Below, in pieces: positions 37,873 through 50,300 of a DNA stretch of 64,000 bases. Source of the stretch: Patellaria atrata CBS 101060. Its lineage: Eukaryota. Made by a program: the position numbers and the translations under genes. Where the stretch lies: positions 523,086 through 587,085 of the forward strand of contig MU006106.1 in assembly GCA_010093705.1 (NCBI GenBank), read 5' to 3'. The notes below the pieces were generated by a model. It made no database searches and was not told the origin of the DNA. It saw nothing but the letters and a program-made list of their open reading frames with translations. Each line of letters opens with the position of its first letter. Position 1 is the first letter of the stretch.

Positions 37873-39368
37873 ATGATGGTTCGTCCAACGAAGAGGCTTA
37901 GGCGACGGTTGAACAGAGCAACTGATCAGGATGATGGAGAGGTTGACCAGACAAAGCACTTTCCGAATCCTCCCACTGCCCCAGCTACCGATGAGGATAG
38001 GCGGAAATGGGGAGGCTATTGCGAGATCGAGAATGATCCATCCTATTTCAATGTGATGCTGAGTGAATTTGGCGTGGAAGGAGTCAAGGTTCAGGAGGTT
38101 TTTGGATTAGATGAGGGTTCGCTATCATTTCTACCGTATGATTATAGCATCCTCTGATATCGGTGCTTTCACTAACGAACTACTAGAAAGCCGGTCTATG
38201 GTCTCATATTTCTATTCAAATACCGAGAACTGAATGATCCGGACGAGCAAGACGATGAATGTCCCAAGCATGTCTGGTTCGCGAACCAAGTGAGTACTTT
38301 TCTTGATATTTACCTTACGTTCACTGCTAATATTGAGTAGATAGGCGTAAATTCCTGTGCTAGTGTTGCACTAATCAACATTGCTTGCAATATCCCTGGT
38401 GTTGATTTAGGTCCGGCTATCCAGAGTTACAAGGAATTCACGCAGGAGATGGATCCTTTCATGCGTGGTTATCAATTAGCTAATTTCGAATTTGTGAAGC
38501 ATATTCACAATTCGTTTGCTAGGTAGGAGTAGAATATCCTTTCATCTAATCGTTCCTATACTGATTATAGCAGAAAATCAGACATGCTAGCTGCCGATCA
38601 TGCGATGCTGCAAGATTTCAAAGAATGGAAGTCGAAATCCAAGAAGCGGAAGGCCAAGACTAAGGAGGTTGAAGAGCATGCGTTCCATTTCAATGCGTAT
38701 ATGCCTATCCAGGGTGAGATTTGGAAGCTTGATGGGCTTGATCATCAGCCTCACAATCTTGGTAACTCCGTTCTACTACTAAACTTTCTGTATTCGAAGC
38801 TGACTGTCTCACCTTAGGACCATCCAAAGAGGATAATTGGATGGATATCATTGCACCAATACTAACAGCAAAGATGCTGGAATTGGGCGAGGAAGAAGTA
38901 CAGTATTCCCTGATGGCTCTTGTCAAGGACCCGATCATTGACCGCAGAGCCGAGCTTTCAGCTAATGTCAAAGCGATCCGAACCATTGAGCGACGGTTAA
39001 CAACTGTCGATTCGAATTGGAGAAACTTCGTGGACTCCGCCGAGAGTGGTAGTATCTTGAGAGGCCCTGATGACGCGATGGGTATTTTCTTTGAGACCAT
39101 TCATAGTGCTGTACTCCCTGACGGTCTATTTGAGAAGATTCAGAAGGATGACGATGTTATGACTTTACTTGACAAGCGGGCAAAAATTATTACTGAGCAA
39201 GCTGGCTTAAAGAAAGCTGTCCAGGTCGAGAAAGATTCTTGGGCAGAAGATAAGCGCAAAGCCGCTCTTCGTCGCATCGATTGGATTCCATTTATACGGA
39301 AATGGCTTGGATTTTTGAATGATAATGGTGTCCTAGAAGGTCTAATAGAGAAACACACGCCGAAATGA
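37873..39368 (+). CDS. Ubiquitin C-terminal hydrolase, peptidase C12, UCH37/BAP1 type; join(37873..38135,38187..38289,38341..38522,38574..38761,38818..39368)
   Basis: YCEIENDPSYF, PVYGLIFLFKY, WFANQ (oxyanion Gln), NSCAS (catalytic Cys), HIHNSFAR, AFHFNAY (His), WKLDG (Asp), YSLMALV, and a ULD-like tail LRRIDWIPFIRKWL. Confidence 0.92.
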
Positions 39369-39845
39369 TTGAGATATGATAATCATATAAGGCGTAAACT
39401 ATCTTATGGTTGCAAGTGGTCTCGGATCTTCGAGTCACGGTTCCTTTGTTATTTTCTTTGACTGGAGTCATTTCTATCGATATGGGAGGAGATTTGAAAA
39501 CAGCGGCATGTTTCCTTTGTCAAATACCCCAGTACTCCTAGATTACCATAATATTATCTCCCGTTTGTCCTGGCGCTGTCTTCCCGTTTGTTGTGTTGAC
39601 GATGATGAAATAATTCACTTACCTCTAGTCTCTCACTCACGCAACATCTATCGCCAAACTGTCAACGTTAGAGGTATTTCTTCTTTCTTCTAAAAACCAA
39701 CACAACACCACACCATCTTTTTGTTATCAACGTAATGGTCATTTAGCAGCAATCCATCGCGAGATCAAAACATTCACTTCAACGCATATCACGACAACTT
39801 GTTCACGCGTCAAATTCCACCCTCTATCCGACAAAATTGAGTATC

Positions 39846-40151
39846 ATGTACGTCAAAATCAATAATCCCCTCAAAGACCCTCTCGCTCTTGGTGTCATGA
39901 TCGGCGGGGTGATCTTGCTCGTCCTTGTCTTAATTCTAATTACATTCCTTTTGTGCTGCTACCGCGAACCTCATGAGCGCTTTTGCTGCTTCCGCACCGG
40001 GGGCAGCAAATGGTGGCGTCTTTTCGAAACCAGACCTGGAACTGGACAATTAGGCCGGAACACGGACGATGAGGAGAGGGCCACTTACGTCGAGTTAGAG
40101 AGTTTGGGAGGAAGCAGCGCCACGGTTAGTATGATTGATGGTGAAGAGTGA
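39846..40151 (+). CDS. Small single-pass membrane protein, possibly the remnant of a longer interrupted frame 39735-40298
   Basis: Hydrophobic LALGVMIGGVILLVLVLILITFLL followed by CCYR..FCCFR and a YVELESL tail. Confidence 0.5.
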   Translation: MYVKINNPLKDPLALGVMIGGVILLVLVLILITFLLCCYREPHERFCCFRTGGSKWWRLFETRPGTGQLGRNTDDEERATYVELESLGGSSATVSMIDGEE

Positions 40152-41090
40152 GTAAATAATACGAGTGGTAGGAGAGTCAGCCGTGCGGATCTGGCGAGCG
40201 CGAGCGTCATGGGCACAGTTAATCTAGTATTCAAGCAAGAAAATGGTTCGAAGAGTCCATTGGATAAGAAGTTACCTTCCATGCCAATTGTCAGGTGAAT
40301 TGGTGCTAATTGTAGGTATCTTATCCTTGAGTATCTCTATGCTTAAGAGGTTCACTGACCCGACTGTATAGGACATTGTGATCTCATAACTGGTTGGACT
40401 TTATGGTATGGTACCGTCCGTACGACAAGCGTACGGAAAGAGAAGATTTTCAGGATGACAAAGGAGGTCATAGTGAAGCTGTACAATTATATCAAGCACG
40501 TGGATAACCCCTCACGACAACCTCATATTGCATCATATGAGCAATCTTGGTGGCAGGATGGACCGTAATGATTTTCAAAACATTCACGATACACCTACAT
40601 ACAAGATCTTCCGAACCGTATTCCTCAACGCATCCAGCCAAGCGACATGATACAACAAACAACCTCCAGGACCCACACATTGTTTTGTTCTCAATGTGCA
40701 AAACATCCCGTCTGTATCTCTAGGAGCACGCATCAACTTCGGAACATTTGTCTAGAGTGCTTTACAGAAAACATTGTGCTGCGCCCAGTATCACCGTTCT
40801 GAATACATCCCGCTTCTTCACGAAAGTCACGTTCGACAAATGGCCTTTTGAGGGACGAACATAAAACATTGTACTCCACCTAAAACTTAAGTTCGAAATG
40901 TTCGCGTACAATGTCATTCGGCTACAACTACCATCCTCCGCATAAATCTCAACCTCATACCCAATCTTCCACTAAACCTCAAACTAAATTCTGCCAAACC
41001 AAATTCTCACAACACGATCACACCTCAACGTCCCATATCCAATCAGCTAAACTGCACAACTCCACCACAAACCTTCGTACAAACCGCACA

Positions 41091-41414
41091 ATGGAGTTCC
41101 TGACTCACATCAATCTCGCCGAAACCTCTATGCGCGCCAATCGCTCATACCCCGATTCTAGTACCACCACCACAAACCCCACCGAAGCTTGCGCCATCCA
41201 AACCACGCACACCTGTCCTCTCTGCAAGCATACCGCGACTCTCCCTCTCCTCCTAGCCACGATCCCTACCTTGAGCACTTCCCCCTCATCTGCGTCGTCA
41301 GCGGAATCCAACACCAACGTCGAGATCCACAAGACCGCGCACCAATGTCCCAATTGCATCAAGACCTGGAGTGGCAGTTGGATTGGTAGCTTTGGGAGAA
41401 TTTTCTCGATGTAA
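41091..41414 (+). CDS. Hypothetical 107 aa protein with two CxxC motifs
   Basis: ATG in ACA-ATG context; CPLC and CPNC could form a zinc ribbon. No family recognised. Confidence 0.35.
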   Translation: MEFLTHINLAETSMRANRSYPDSSTTTTNPTEACAIQTTHTCPLCKHTATLPLLLATIPTLSTSPSSASSAESNTNVEIHKTAHQCPNCIKTWSGSWIGSFGRIFSM

Positions 41415-42551
41415 GAGAGTTTGAGTTGAAGGATTGAATTATCAGGGTTTGGCTGAGGCTTTCGGAATACCGGGAGTATCAATGAGAGGTCACTATATCA
41501 TCTTAGAGAGCAAGCGCTTGTTTGATTCGAATATGATGGCAGTTTGAAGCTGCTATTTTAAGTGAAATCCATTCACATTTAGTTTAAAAAGTGATGTCCT
41601 ATTAAAATATTGCGAAATGACGGGTGAGTGATTAAACATCACTCTCAATATTGTCTTACAGACACTAAGACTAATCTATATAAATGGACATGAGTTTGAA
41701 AGAAATTTGTCTCACTTAACTGGATTTAAGAATATGTGGACTCATATCTCAACAGAGCTCAGCCCAAATCAGCTTCTGGTAATGACAGAGGTGATAAGAG
41801 ACGAATACTCATATAACTGAACTTTTCGTCTAAAGTAATAATGAGTCGATTTCAGCGCTGGTTCAATCATATTCGTGTCATAACAGACCGCCAACGCACT
41901 CATCTGATACATCCAAAGAGCCTCATCTCCAGTCACGCTCCAAGTCATATCTGACATACCCGCGATGACTAAAGTGATATAGGAGTGACGCGAACCAGGT
42001 ACATTTCAATACCTATAACATCTTCCTTTGCCTCATAGCTTTATCTTCCATCAACCATCATCATCAGAAGTCTCTCACCATCTGCATAGACGACAGACAT
42101 CGAACCCCCCCTTTACCCGAGCAACGAACAGAAACTTCAAACAGACGCGCCTACCCGTGTAGCCAGCACGTGAAATCGAAACTACAAATCATCATCATCA
42201 TCGCTACACCTCTCTGTGGAGTGGACTAGAACAGTTGAGAGTGAATAGATTGAGTCATCGAACGAAACAAACGGACACTATGGGTTCGGTTTAGGGCGCG
42301 AATATAAAAGGGCAGTCGTAACCCATCTCCTGCTCCAAGCCCTTCGTGTGTGATTCATCGCGAGCCGTTCCGATCCCGCGAAAAAAGGAAGAACGTAACG
42401 AGCCTTTCACAAGAAGGAAAGAACGAATAGGGGTTCTCTTCATATTTAAGATATCCCCTCCCCCGCACACTTAGTTTCCCGTCGTCTCGTCGGCACCTTA
42501 ACCTTAAGGTATCTTTGTTCATTGCTGTGTCTTAGAAATACTGAGACATAG

Positions 42552-43718
42552 ATTTCCAATTGCAAAGGTCCACTGGAACGGTCCTGGAATTCCAACGTAC
42601 TTATGTGGCTCGAAAGGATCCGTTACGAGAGTCGAAAATCAAGGTACAGATCTAATTGCTGAAGACGCACGCAAGTTTCCACGTACTTCTAAAGAAACTA
42701 AGGTCATTACCAAACAAGTTCAAAAAGTAGTTTGCCAAGAAAGAAGACCCAAAAGAGTGACCATGTCTGAAGAAGAGGTGGATCCAATAAACAAAGTTCC
42801 TTATGGGAGCTTTTGGTCCCAGTCGCGTAAGTGTCATAGCCCTTCAGTTTCCTCTACAAATACTTACAAAATCTAGCTGCAATACAGATCAAAACCGAGT
42901 GGACCAATTCCGCGGATATTCTATCGTCCCCAGTCAAGGTCGAATACTCACAGGATGCTAGTCAAATCACGCTCTCCTTGTTTAGCATACCGGATATTCG
43001 AAGGAGCGAAAACAAGCCTGATGAGCAATGTCGCTACTGTGGTGAATACCTTCACTATAACGATATGGATCATCATATAGAAGAGATGCATCGAAACGGG
43101 TCGAGAATCTGCCCAAAATGCCGTAAGACCTGCTACTCACATGTGGAGTTGAAGAATCATATAAGGGCGTGTCATCCCGGGGACAATCCATTCGTCTGTC
43201 AGTATTGCTCCAGTGGAATATATTCAGATATTGAGTTCCTGTACAAGCACTGGAAGGAGAATCATGCAGATCTGCTACCTTTCATATGAAAACCGTGCAA
43301 TCTTCGTTTCAGGACGGCGCAAGAACGCACGAAGCATTCGAAGCATTGCTTCAAGCAGAGGCAGATGTTGAAGAAAGAACCCTCGGTTTCTCAGGGCCTT
43401 AATGTGGAATGGAATTTTCCAGTAGTTAAGAAAGAGGAAGTAATTGGAACGGTGGCTAAGCGTCCCAATTCATGTTCACCGGAACCGATCGCAATCAAGA
43501 TGGAGCCTACCCACTCGCCGATGTCAAAAACTCCGAAGCGTTCAAAAGCGAGCCCTACAAAAGGACGGCGTAAGCCTGATTCTGGGATTCTCACTGGAGC
43601 AACTATGGCTGAAACGAATCACGCTGCTAACAGTGTGTTCCGTAGTAATCCCTGGGATGCTTGGACCTCTATGGAAGCGGGTAGCACCAAAGAGAACGAG
43701 AAGATTATTTGGGAGTGA
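42552..43718 (+). pseudogene. C2H2 zinc-finger gene with in-frame TGA at 43287-43289 and an unresolved 5' end
   Basis: Open exon 42552-42826 and intron 42827-42876 lead into three fingers (CRYC..H..H, CPKC..H..H, CQYC..H..H), then PFI*KPCNLRFRTAQERTKHSKHC, continuing in frame to 43718. An in-frame ATG is at 42763. The frame upstream of intron 42509-42551 hits TAA at 42447. Confidence 0.7.
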
Positions 43719-43987
43719 GACGTGGGAGTAGGCGGGTTTTCTTGGTTTGAGGAATCCTTAACAGAAATAAGATTTGGACGTGCAGTGATGTGGTAAGGTG
43801 TTTTTGGCGTTACTTGGTCCAGAGTTGATTAAGTAGACCAGGATGAACTACATCTACACATTTCGAGTTATCAGCATGTGGGTGCAGGCACGAGAAGAAA
43901 CATGTATATTCCTTACTGGATAGAATCTCATCTCAACTGATTTGGCGTTTTCCTCGACTGTTGGGATGAACTTCAGGGGAACTCAAT

Positions 43988-44815
43988 TTATAGCCTTCGC
44001 CCTTTCAACCTAATAAACCAGTATGCCGCTCCAAATAGCGCTCCACCAATGTGACCAGCGTGGGCTGTTCTTGTTCTAGGATCATTCATGTAGAACCAGT
44101 CGACTGCGAGGTATCCAGAAACAGCGAGCCACAATGGAGCTGGAATGAAGAATATGAGGATCTGCGTCGATGGTGCAAGTAGAGCTGCAGTGGCTCCAAG
44201 ACCCATAACCGCACCGCTAGCGCCCAAGGCAGTGTGAATCCTTCTATCTCCTTGAGACCGACGGGCGTTGAGGGCTTCATTGATAACAAACCCGAGTGAC
44301 CCTACTATGCCAGATCCAATATATAAGGTCAATAGTTGTGGTCCTGTAATACCACGATATCTCAAAATCGAGGCAAAGGTGTGGAATGTAACCATATTGA
44401 AGACAAAATGTCCAAGGTCACGGTGAGAAAACGTCGATGTAAGGAGGGTATACGCCTTTTCGGGATATCTTGTAAGAACCGGGATGGACACGGTGAAGTT
44501 TTCGTACATAGTCTGGATCAAGGTTTTGCTTGAAGAGGTTGACCTAGGTTGACCATCAACATAGACCCCTAAGGGCTGCGACGTGGCCCTCTCATTCCTT
44601 GCTGCCTGCCATGCTAGAAATACTGCTGTGTTCGCGCTAATCAATGTCCAAATAACTCTTCCAGAAAACTTAAAGGTATCGATGCTTTGACGTGACGTGG
44701 AGTACTGCCTTTGAGGGAAGCTCTGAACTCGATTTCCCAATGGGCGGACACGAAAGGACCGCATCCATGATGAAGTCTGGAAAATAGGCGGCTTCAGAGC
44801 ACCTACAGAAGCCAT
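43988..44815 (-). CDS. Rhomboid intramembrane serine protease, mitochondrial Pcp1/PARL-like
   Basis: Arg/Ser-rich presequence-like N-terminus, LLTSTFSH..HFVFNM, catalytic LGASGAV and AHAGHIGGALFG. Single exon. Confidence 0.9.
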   Translation of the reverse strand: MASVGALKPPIFQTSSWMRSFRVRPLGNRVQSFPQRQYSTSRQSIDTFKFSGRVIWTLISANTAVFLAWQAARNERATSQPLGVYVDGQPRSTSSSKTLIQTMYENFTVSIPVLTRYPEKAYTLLTSTFSHRDLGHFVFNMVTFHTFASILRYRGITGPQLLTLYIGSGIVGSLGFVINEALNARRSQGDRRIHTALGASGAVMGLGATAALLAPSTQILIFFIPAPLWLAVSGYLAVDWFYMNDPRTRTAHAGHIGGALFGAAYWFIRLKGRRL

Positions 44816-45659
44816 ATGGGTTTAGATCTAGTCCGTGACAATGGTTTACATTTGGTGATTGTTTATGAGAAAGCTATAGAATCGAGCTGTGTCACCTCAC
44901 TGACGGACTGAGTTCAAGCTCCAAGCCAACAGATAAAGGTTAGGGAGAGCTTGTGGAGGCAAGGAGAGAAAGGTGAGAAGACGACGGTTTATTCAGAATA
45001 CAGTATCAATGGTCCCTGCTTGATTGTGTGACACTTTGTAACCTTGTGCCTGATGTACAGATGTCGGCAAGTTTCCCACCTGCATCACGTAGAGCTACTT
45101 TATGGTCTGTGCGTCGGCTACTCCATGTCTCTTGTCTCGACTTCAGTTTCACTCCACTGCCTTGAACCTCACCTGCTTGCAGACACTTTTCCCCCCACAC
45201 AACTACATTCAGCACAAACTGAGTTCGCATCTCTGCCCTGCAGTTGGATTTCGCTGACTACAACCCTCGATAACACTTCTTCAGCTATCACTCACTATCG
45301 CACATCCACACATCCTAGATTCAGACTCGTACAACCCACTGTCTCAAAGCGCTCTGCTTGCCCACCGATAATCCAGCTCTCTCCAAGGAATAGAGTCATT
45401 GCGATTTACAACTTGGCCACCTACTCACCATACTAGTCATTTTGACTCAATCTCCAGTGCATTGGTCAAAGCACCTGATCGAACCTTTTTCCAGCCTTTA
45501 GAAACGCAGCGAAGCGAGTGTGAATCACCCTCTAACGTTGTAAAGCTGTCAAGCAGCTTTAACCCTGCATTTCACCCTTGAGAACAACCGCTCCATACCG
45601 GAGTCTACTACGTGACTGGCCTTTTCATCCGTGCAGGGGATTGCACAAGACTTTTCAAA

Positions 45660-47331
45660 ATGACAACAGATATCACAAATCAACTAGCAGCTACTAAATT
45701 AGGGTGGGTAGACATTTGCTCCCCAGATATATAAAATTTCATTAACGATCATCATAGAGAATCTTCAAAACATGAGGGTAATTGGAAGGATGGGCTCAAG
45801 GCCCCATCAAAGGACTCACGCGTCCAGACCGAGGTATGATATGAGGAGGAGCGTCATGCACGCTGTTACTAATGAAAATACCTTTCTGATAGGACGTCAC
45901 AGCAACAAAAGGATTAGAATGGGAAGACTTTTACATTAAGCGAGAATTGATGATGGGCATTTTCGAGGCTGGGTTTGAAAAGCCTTCTCCTATCCAGGAA
46001 GAGACTATTCCCGTCGCACTTACAGGTCGTGATATTCTGGCGCGAGCGAAGAACGGAACGGGGAAAACTGCAGCATTTGTTATTCCTACACTCGAAAGGG
46101 TCAATCCGAAGCTCAATAAGACCCAGGCTTTGATATTAGTACCAACGAGAGAACTGGCGCTACAGACTTCGCAGGTATGCAAGACATTAGGGAAGCATTT
46201 GGGACTCAATGTTATGGTAACAACTGGTGGCACTGGCCTTAAGGACGATATTATACGGTTAAGCGAGACGGTACATATCATAGTAGGAACGCCTGGCAGA
46301 ATATTGGATCTTGCGAGTAAGGGTGTGGCTGATCTTTCGACCTGCTCAACTTTCGTTATGGATGAAGCAGACAAACTTCTCTCGCCGGAGTTCACACCTG
46401 TCATTGAGCAGCTTTTGGCTTTTCATCCAAAAGACCGCCAGGTCATGCTGTTCAGTGCTACATTTCCTATCATAGTAAAGAGTTTCAAGGTCAGTCAAAT
46501 GTCCTATTTTACACGGAGTGAATTACTGAAACAAAACAGGACAAGAACATGAACTCCCCTTATGAAATTAATCTGATGGACGAACTCACGCTTCGTGGTA
46601 TTACCCAGTATTACGCGTTCGTTGAAGAAAAGCAGAAAGTGCATTGCCTCAATACGCTGTTCAACAAACTGCAAATCAATCAATCCATTATATTCTGCAA
46701 TTCAACAAATCGTGTTGAGTTGCTTGCAAAGAAGATTACGGAGCTTGGCTATTCTTGCTTCTACTCCCATGCGAAAATGATGCAGCACGCTCGTAACCGC
46801 GTTTTTCACGATTTTCGCAATGGAGTTTGTCGAAACTTAGTCTGTTCTGATCTTCTAACTCGAGGCATAGATATTCAGGCTGTCAATGTTGTCATCAATT
46901 TCGATTTTCCAAAGAATGCTGAAACGTACCTGCATCGAATCGGTCGTTCAGGTCGTTTCGGTCATCTGGGTTTAGCTATCAACCTCATAAATTGGGACGA
47001 TCGCTTCAACTTGTATCGCATTGAGCAAGAGTTGGGGACTGAAATCCAACCAATTCCACAAGTCATCGAGAAGAAGCTGTATGTCTATGAGTCCCCCGAG
47101 AATATCCCCCGACCCATTTCCAGTGCCCAAACTCCGCGTGAGGAGCAAACCGAGGATACCCAACAGTCCCAGCGATCTTCCTCCAATCGTCAAACTTACA
47201 CCCGAAACCAGCGCGGTGGAGGATATCAAGGCCAACGTAGGGGAGGACAAGTACAAGGCACTCAAGGTCGTTCGAATGGCTATAATGGACAACGCAACCC
47301 AAGGACCTCCGCGCCAGCGACTCAGGCTTAG
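45660..47331 (+). CDS. DHH1: DEAD-box RNA helicase Dhh1/DDX6; join(45660..45703,45758..45833,45893..46489,46540..47331)
   Basis: [63 protein letters not shown] and [12 protein letters not shown], with a Q/G/R-rich tail. Confidence 0.97.
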
Positions 47332-50300
47332 TCATAGGTCAAGAAGGGAAGCAAGAGAGTCAGACATATCATTTTGCATTTATTCCCACTAGCTGACCCT
47401 TTGCTCTCCTATCTTAGCCTGCTTGGCATAATTTCCTTTGTTCTGCTTTGATCTCTGTTATTCTGCAGCTATATTCCCTTTCTCTCACGACTTCGGAAGC
47501 GGCTACGATACCTGGTGCTTATTTGGTGTAATGGAACCATTTCTGGCGTGCCTCGGGTCTTTAACCCTTGGCTTTCTGGCTTTTTGTACAATACTCTCGG
47601 ATTGGTCTTCCTCGTCCCTGATGGATCCTTTCTTGACATCCGTCCTTTGCCGTCTTTTAATGCCGTTATCTTGGAACAGCATCTTGTCGGCGTACATTTC
47701 AGAAAAGTTACACGACTCTCTTAAACGGATTTCATCCCAACTCCATAATTCGGTCCAGACGACTTGTTCCCCACAACCTCTCTTATGTCTCTAATGAGCA
47801 TTACGCCGATCACCTGACGACTTTCCTGAGGCTATTTACCTTACCTTTCTGTCCTCTGCTACGCTTGTGGCATTCTCCACGTCATCCTATCACCTCGCTG
47901 AAGCAAATGGTCATACTGGACCAACTTATGAGCACATGTTCACCGCTCATGTCATCGTTGATCATCGCTGTCTCTGGCAGCGGCCAGATCAGTCTGGACA
48001 AGTTCTGATTGTTACATCGTGAATTGATCGTTATCTACTCTTTAGATATAAGGTCGTTTATCGCATGAGTACAATTGATCTGTCTGGTAGAAGAAAAATT
48101 TTTTTAAAAAAAAGCAATGGAGGCATGATTGGATGGTAACAATCAATTGTACGGACGATCTAGAACCGGTAGTTGTAGTTATTTCAATTGACAACATCTC
48201 CTCTTTCTTGCTGTGCGTTGTCATCGGCGCACACTCTCTTAGTTGTCACAGGATGTTCTTGCGGTGTGATGTGGGCTTGTTGCTGACGTGTCCTGGCAGG
48301 AAGGAAACCTATTTATGTCCCTTCCTCCTCTCAAATCTGCTTCCCTATTCTTCCAACAACCAAGCAAACCAACAGATAGATTCAATTCCAACTATTATTA
48401 GTGGGACATGGTCGCAGCAACGCTTCTAATGAGTGCTCTAGCAACCAATAGTCTACATGGAACATCCATTTTACCCTTAAGTTCCTTTTTTGGATCCCAT
48501 ATTCCTTAGAAGTAGTTATAGTCTCTCATTCGACATATCGCCCCTTCTAGTCCAATTGTCAGACCACCTACTGACTCATGCAGATCCAATTCCCAGACCG
48601 CTTCATCATGGCAATTCATTTCCATCTGCAAGAGTATTTTCAATTCGTGTCGAATCTAGAGGTGGCACTTAGATGTTTACCATCATCATCAACCCTCCTA
48701 GACAGAACGGTCCTCCTCAGCATGCAACTAGCATATACATTCGCACCACGTAGCCCCTGACCTTAAATGGAAAATACCATGCATAACACAGCTCCAACTG
48801 TCGCTAGTTTTAGACCTTGAATGTTAGTTCCAGAATATGGAAACGCGCATTTATCGGATTCTGCGAGTTTTCGCTGCGGAGGGATCAAGTTTTATTCTTC
48901 TCTCCGCTCGTAAATCCCAGTAGGGGGCCTATTTCTTGTTCTCCGCTCCCTCTATCCAAATTCAACGATTCGGATGGCTCGTGTATGACCAACGTCATTT
49001 GTACAGTTGACCATTTCCTTGGACGCTTCGTACTAGAGGCGCTACCCAGCTGCGAAAACGCCCCAATTCTGCTGCTCCACGTTCGATAAATGGCCATAAT
49101 ATCTTCCTTCCTTGTCCGATTATTTAACAGAACTATCAACATTACGCCCATTCCCCGCCCAAGATATATTCGGATTCTGCACGGAAGAAATTCGGCGAAA
49201 TAGACTCTATATATTTGGCTATGTTCGGGCTCAGCGACTGATTAGCGGTTTATTGCTCGGATGCAAGCTCTCTCATACTCTTCTCATATACCCCTTTTCT
49301 ACGAGTCACTCACAAATATTTATGGTTCCCGCGGCCTGGTATTACAGAAGAATGGAGATTACTGCAGGATTATTGAGAACTAGTGATGAACCCAAACAGT
49401 CGGAACTTTTACTACTGTGTTGGTGTTTCCGGAAGATACGTGTTCATTGCTCTCTTTGGTACCTTTCCAAATCCGCAAAATGAGATTGTCGCGAACATCA
49501 TTGTGGCCGCTAGATTCAGATGCAAACAGAAGCATGGCAAGTTTCAGTAATCACCCTTACTTTGTGCTCAGCCTAGAGCAGAATTACCCCAGGACTCCCT
49601 GTCTCGATAATCTGGCTTGATAGATACCTATTCTCTCCTGCGTGGACTGGCTCCACCTTCAGTACTACTGGCAACTCTTCAGTATCACACATCTATACAT
49701 AGAGAAACGTATTGCTTTTTCTTCGATTGGAGAGTAACATATCTCAGCCTTTCCGTTTATCTCTGCATTGGAATGCAGCTGTTAGAGTTCTCTTCTATTT
49801 ACGCTGATTAATACTGACTCCAGCTTATACCATATCCTTTTATCTAAACCTTCCGCACAGAGCATTTCGAATTTAGGGCTACAGGAGCAGCTTTTGCGAG
49901 ACCCTCTCCGGCCCTAACAAATCAGAACCGAACGAACAACTTCATTTTCTTCCTCAGCGCCTTAGGTATTAGTCTAGGAGACAACAAGCCTTTTATTATT
50001 CCGTGTGAACTGGAGAAGAATTGCCGCGTCGTGAGCGCAAACATCTATTGAAGAATCGGGCGAGACACTGCATCGAATGAAATCTGGTCCACTATTCAAC
50101 CATTTAGGATGGGAAATTTCTTTCGGATCCATTCTGTTGTAGGATTCAGTTCTGCTCAACTGGTTGTTCAGTGAAGCCAAGTTTTGTATCTCGCTTCCCC
50201 TAAGCGGCATCGTCCGTTGCGGCGAAAAGTATTGACTATTTAAGAGTCCATCTCATCAATGTGTTCACATTCTCGACGCGGTCTTAGACTACTAGTTCAT

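Noticed and set aside
39735..43718. Genome-wide reassignment of TGA
   Set aside because: The carboxylesterase and UCH genes end in TGA at family-appropriate positions (the F-box-like ORF also ends in TGA), and I saw no internal TGA in the conserved genes.
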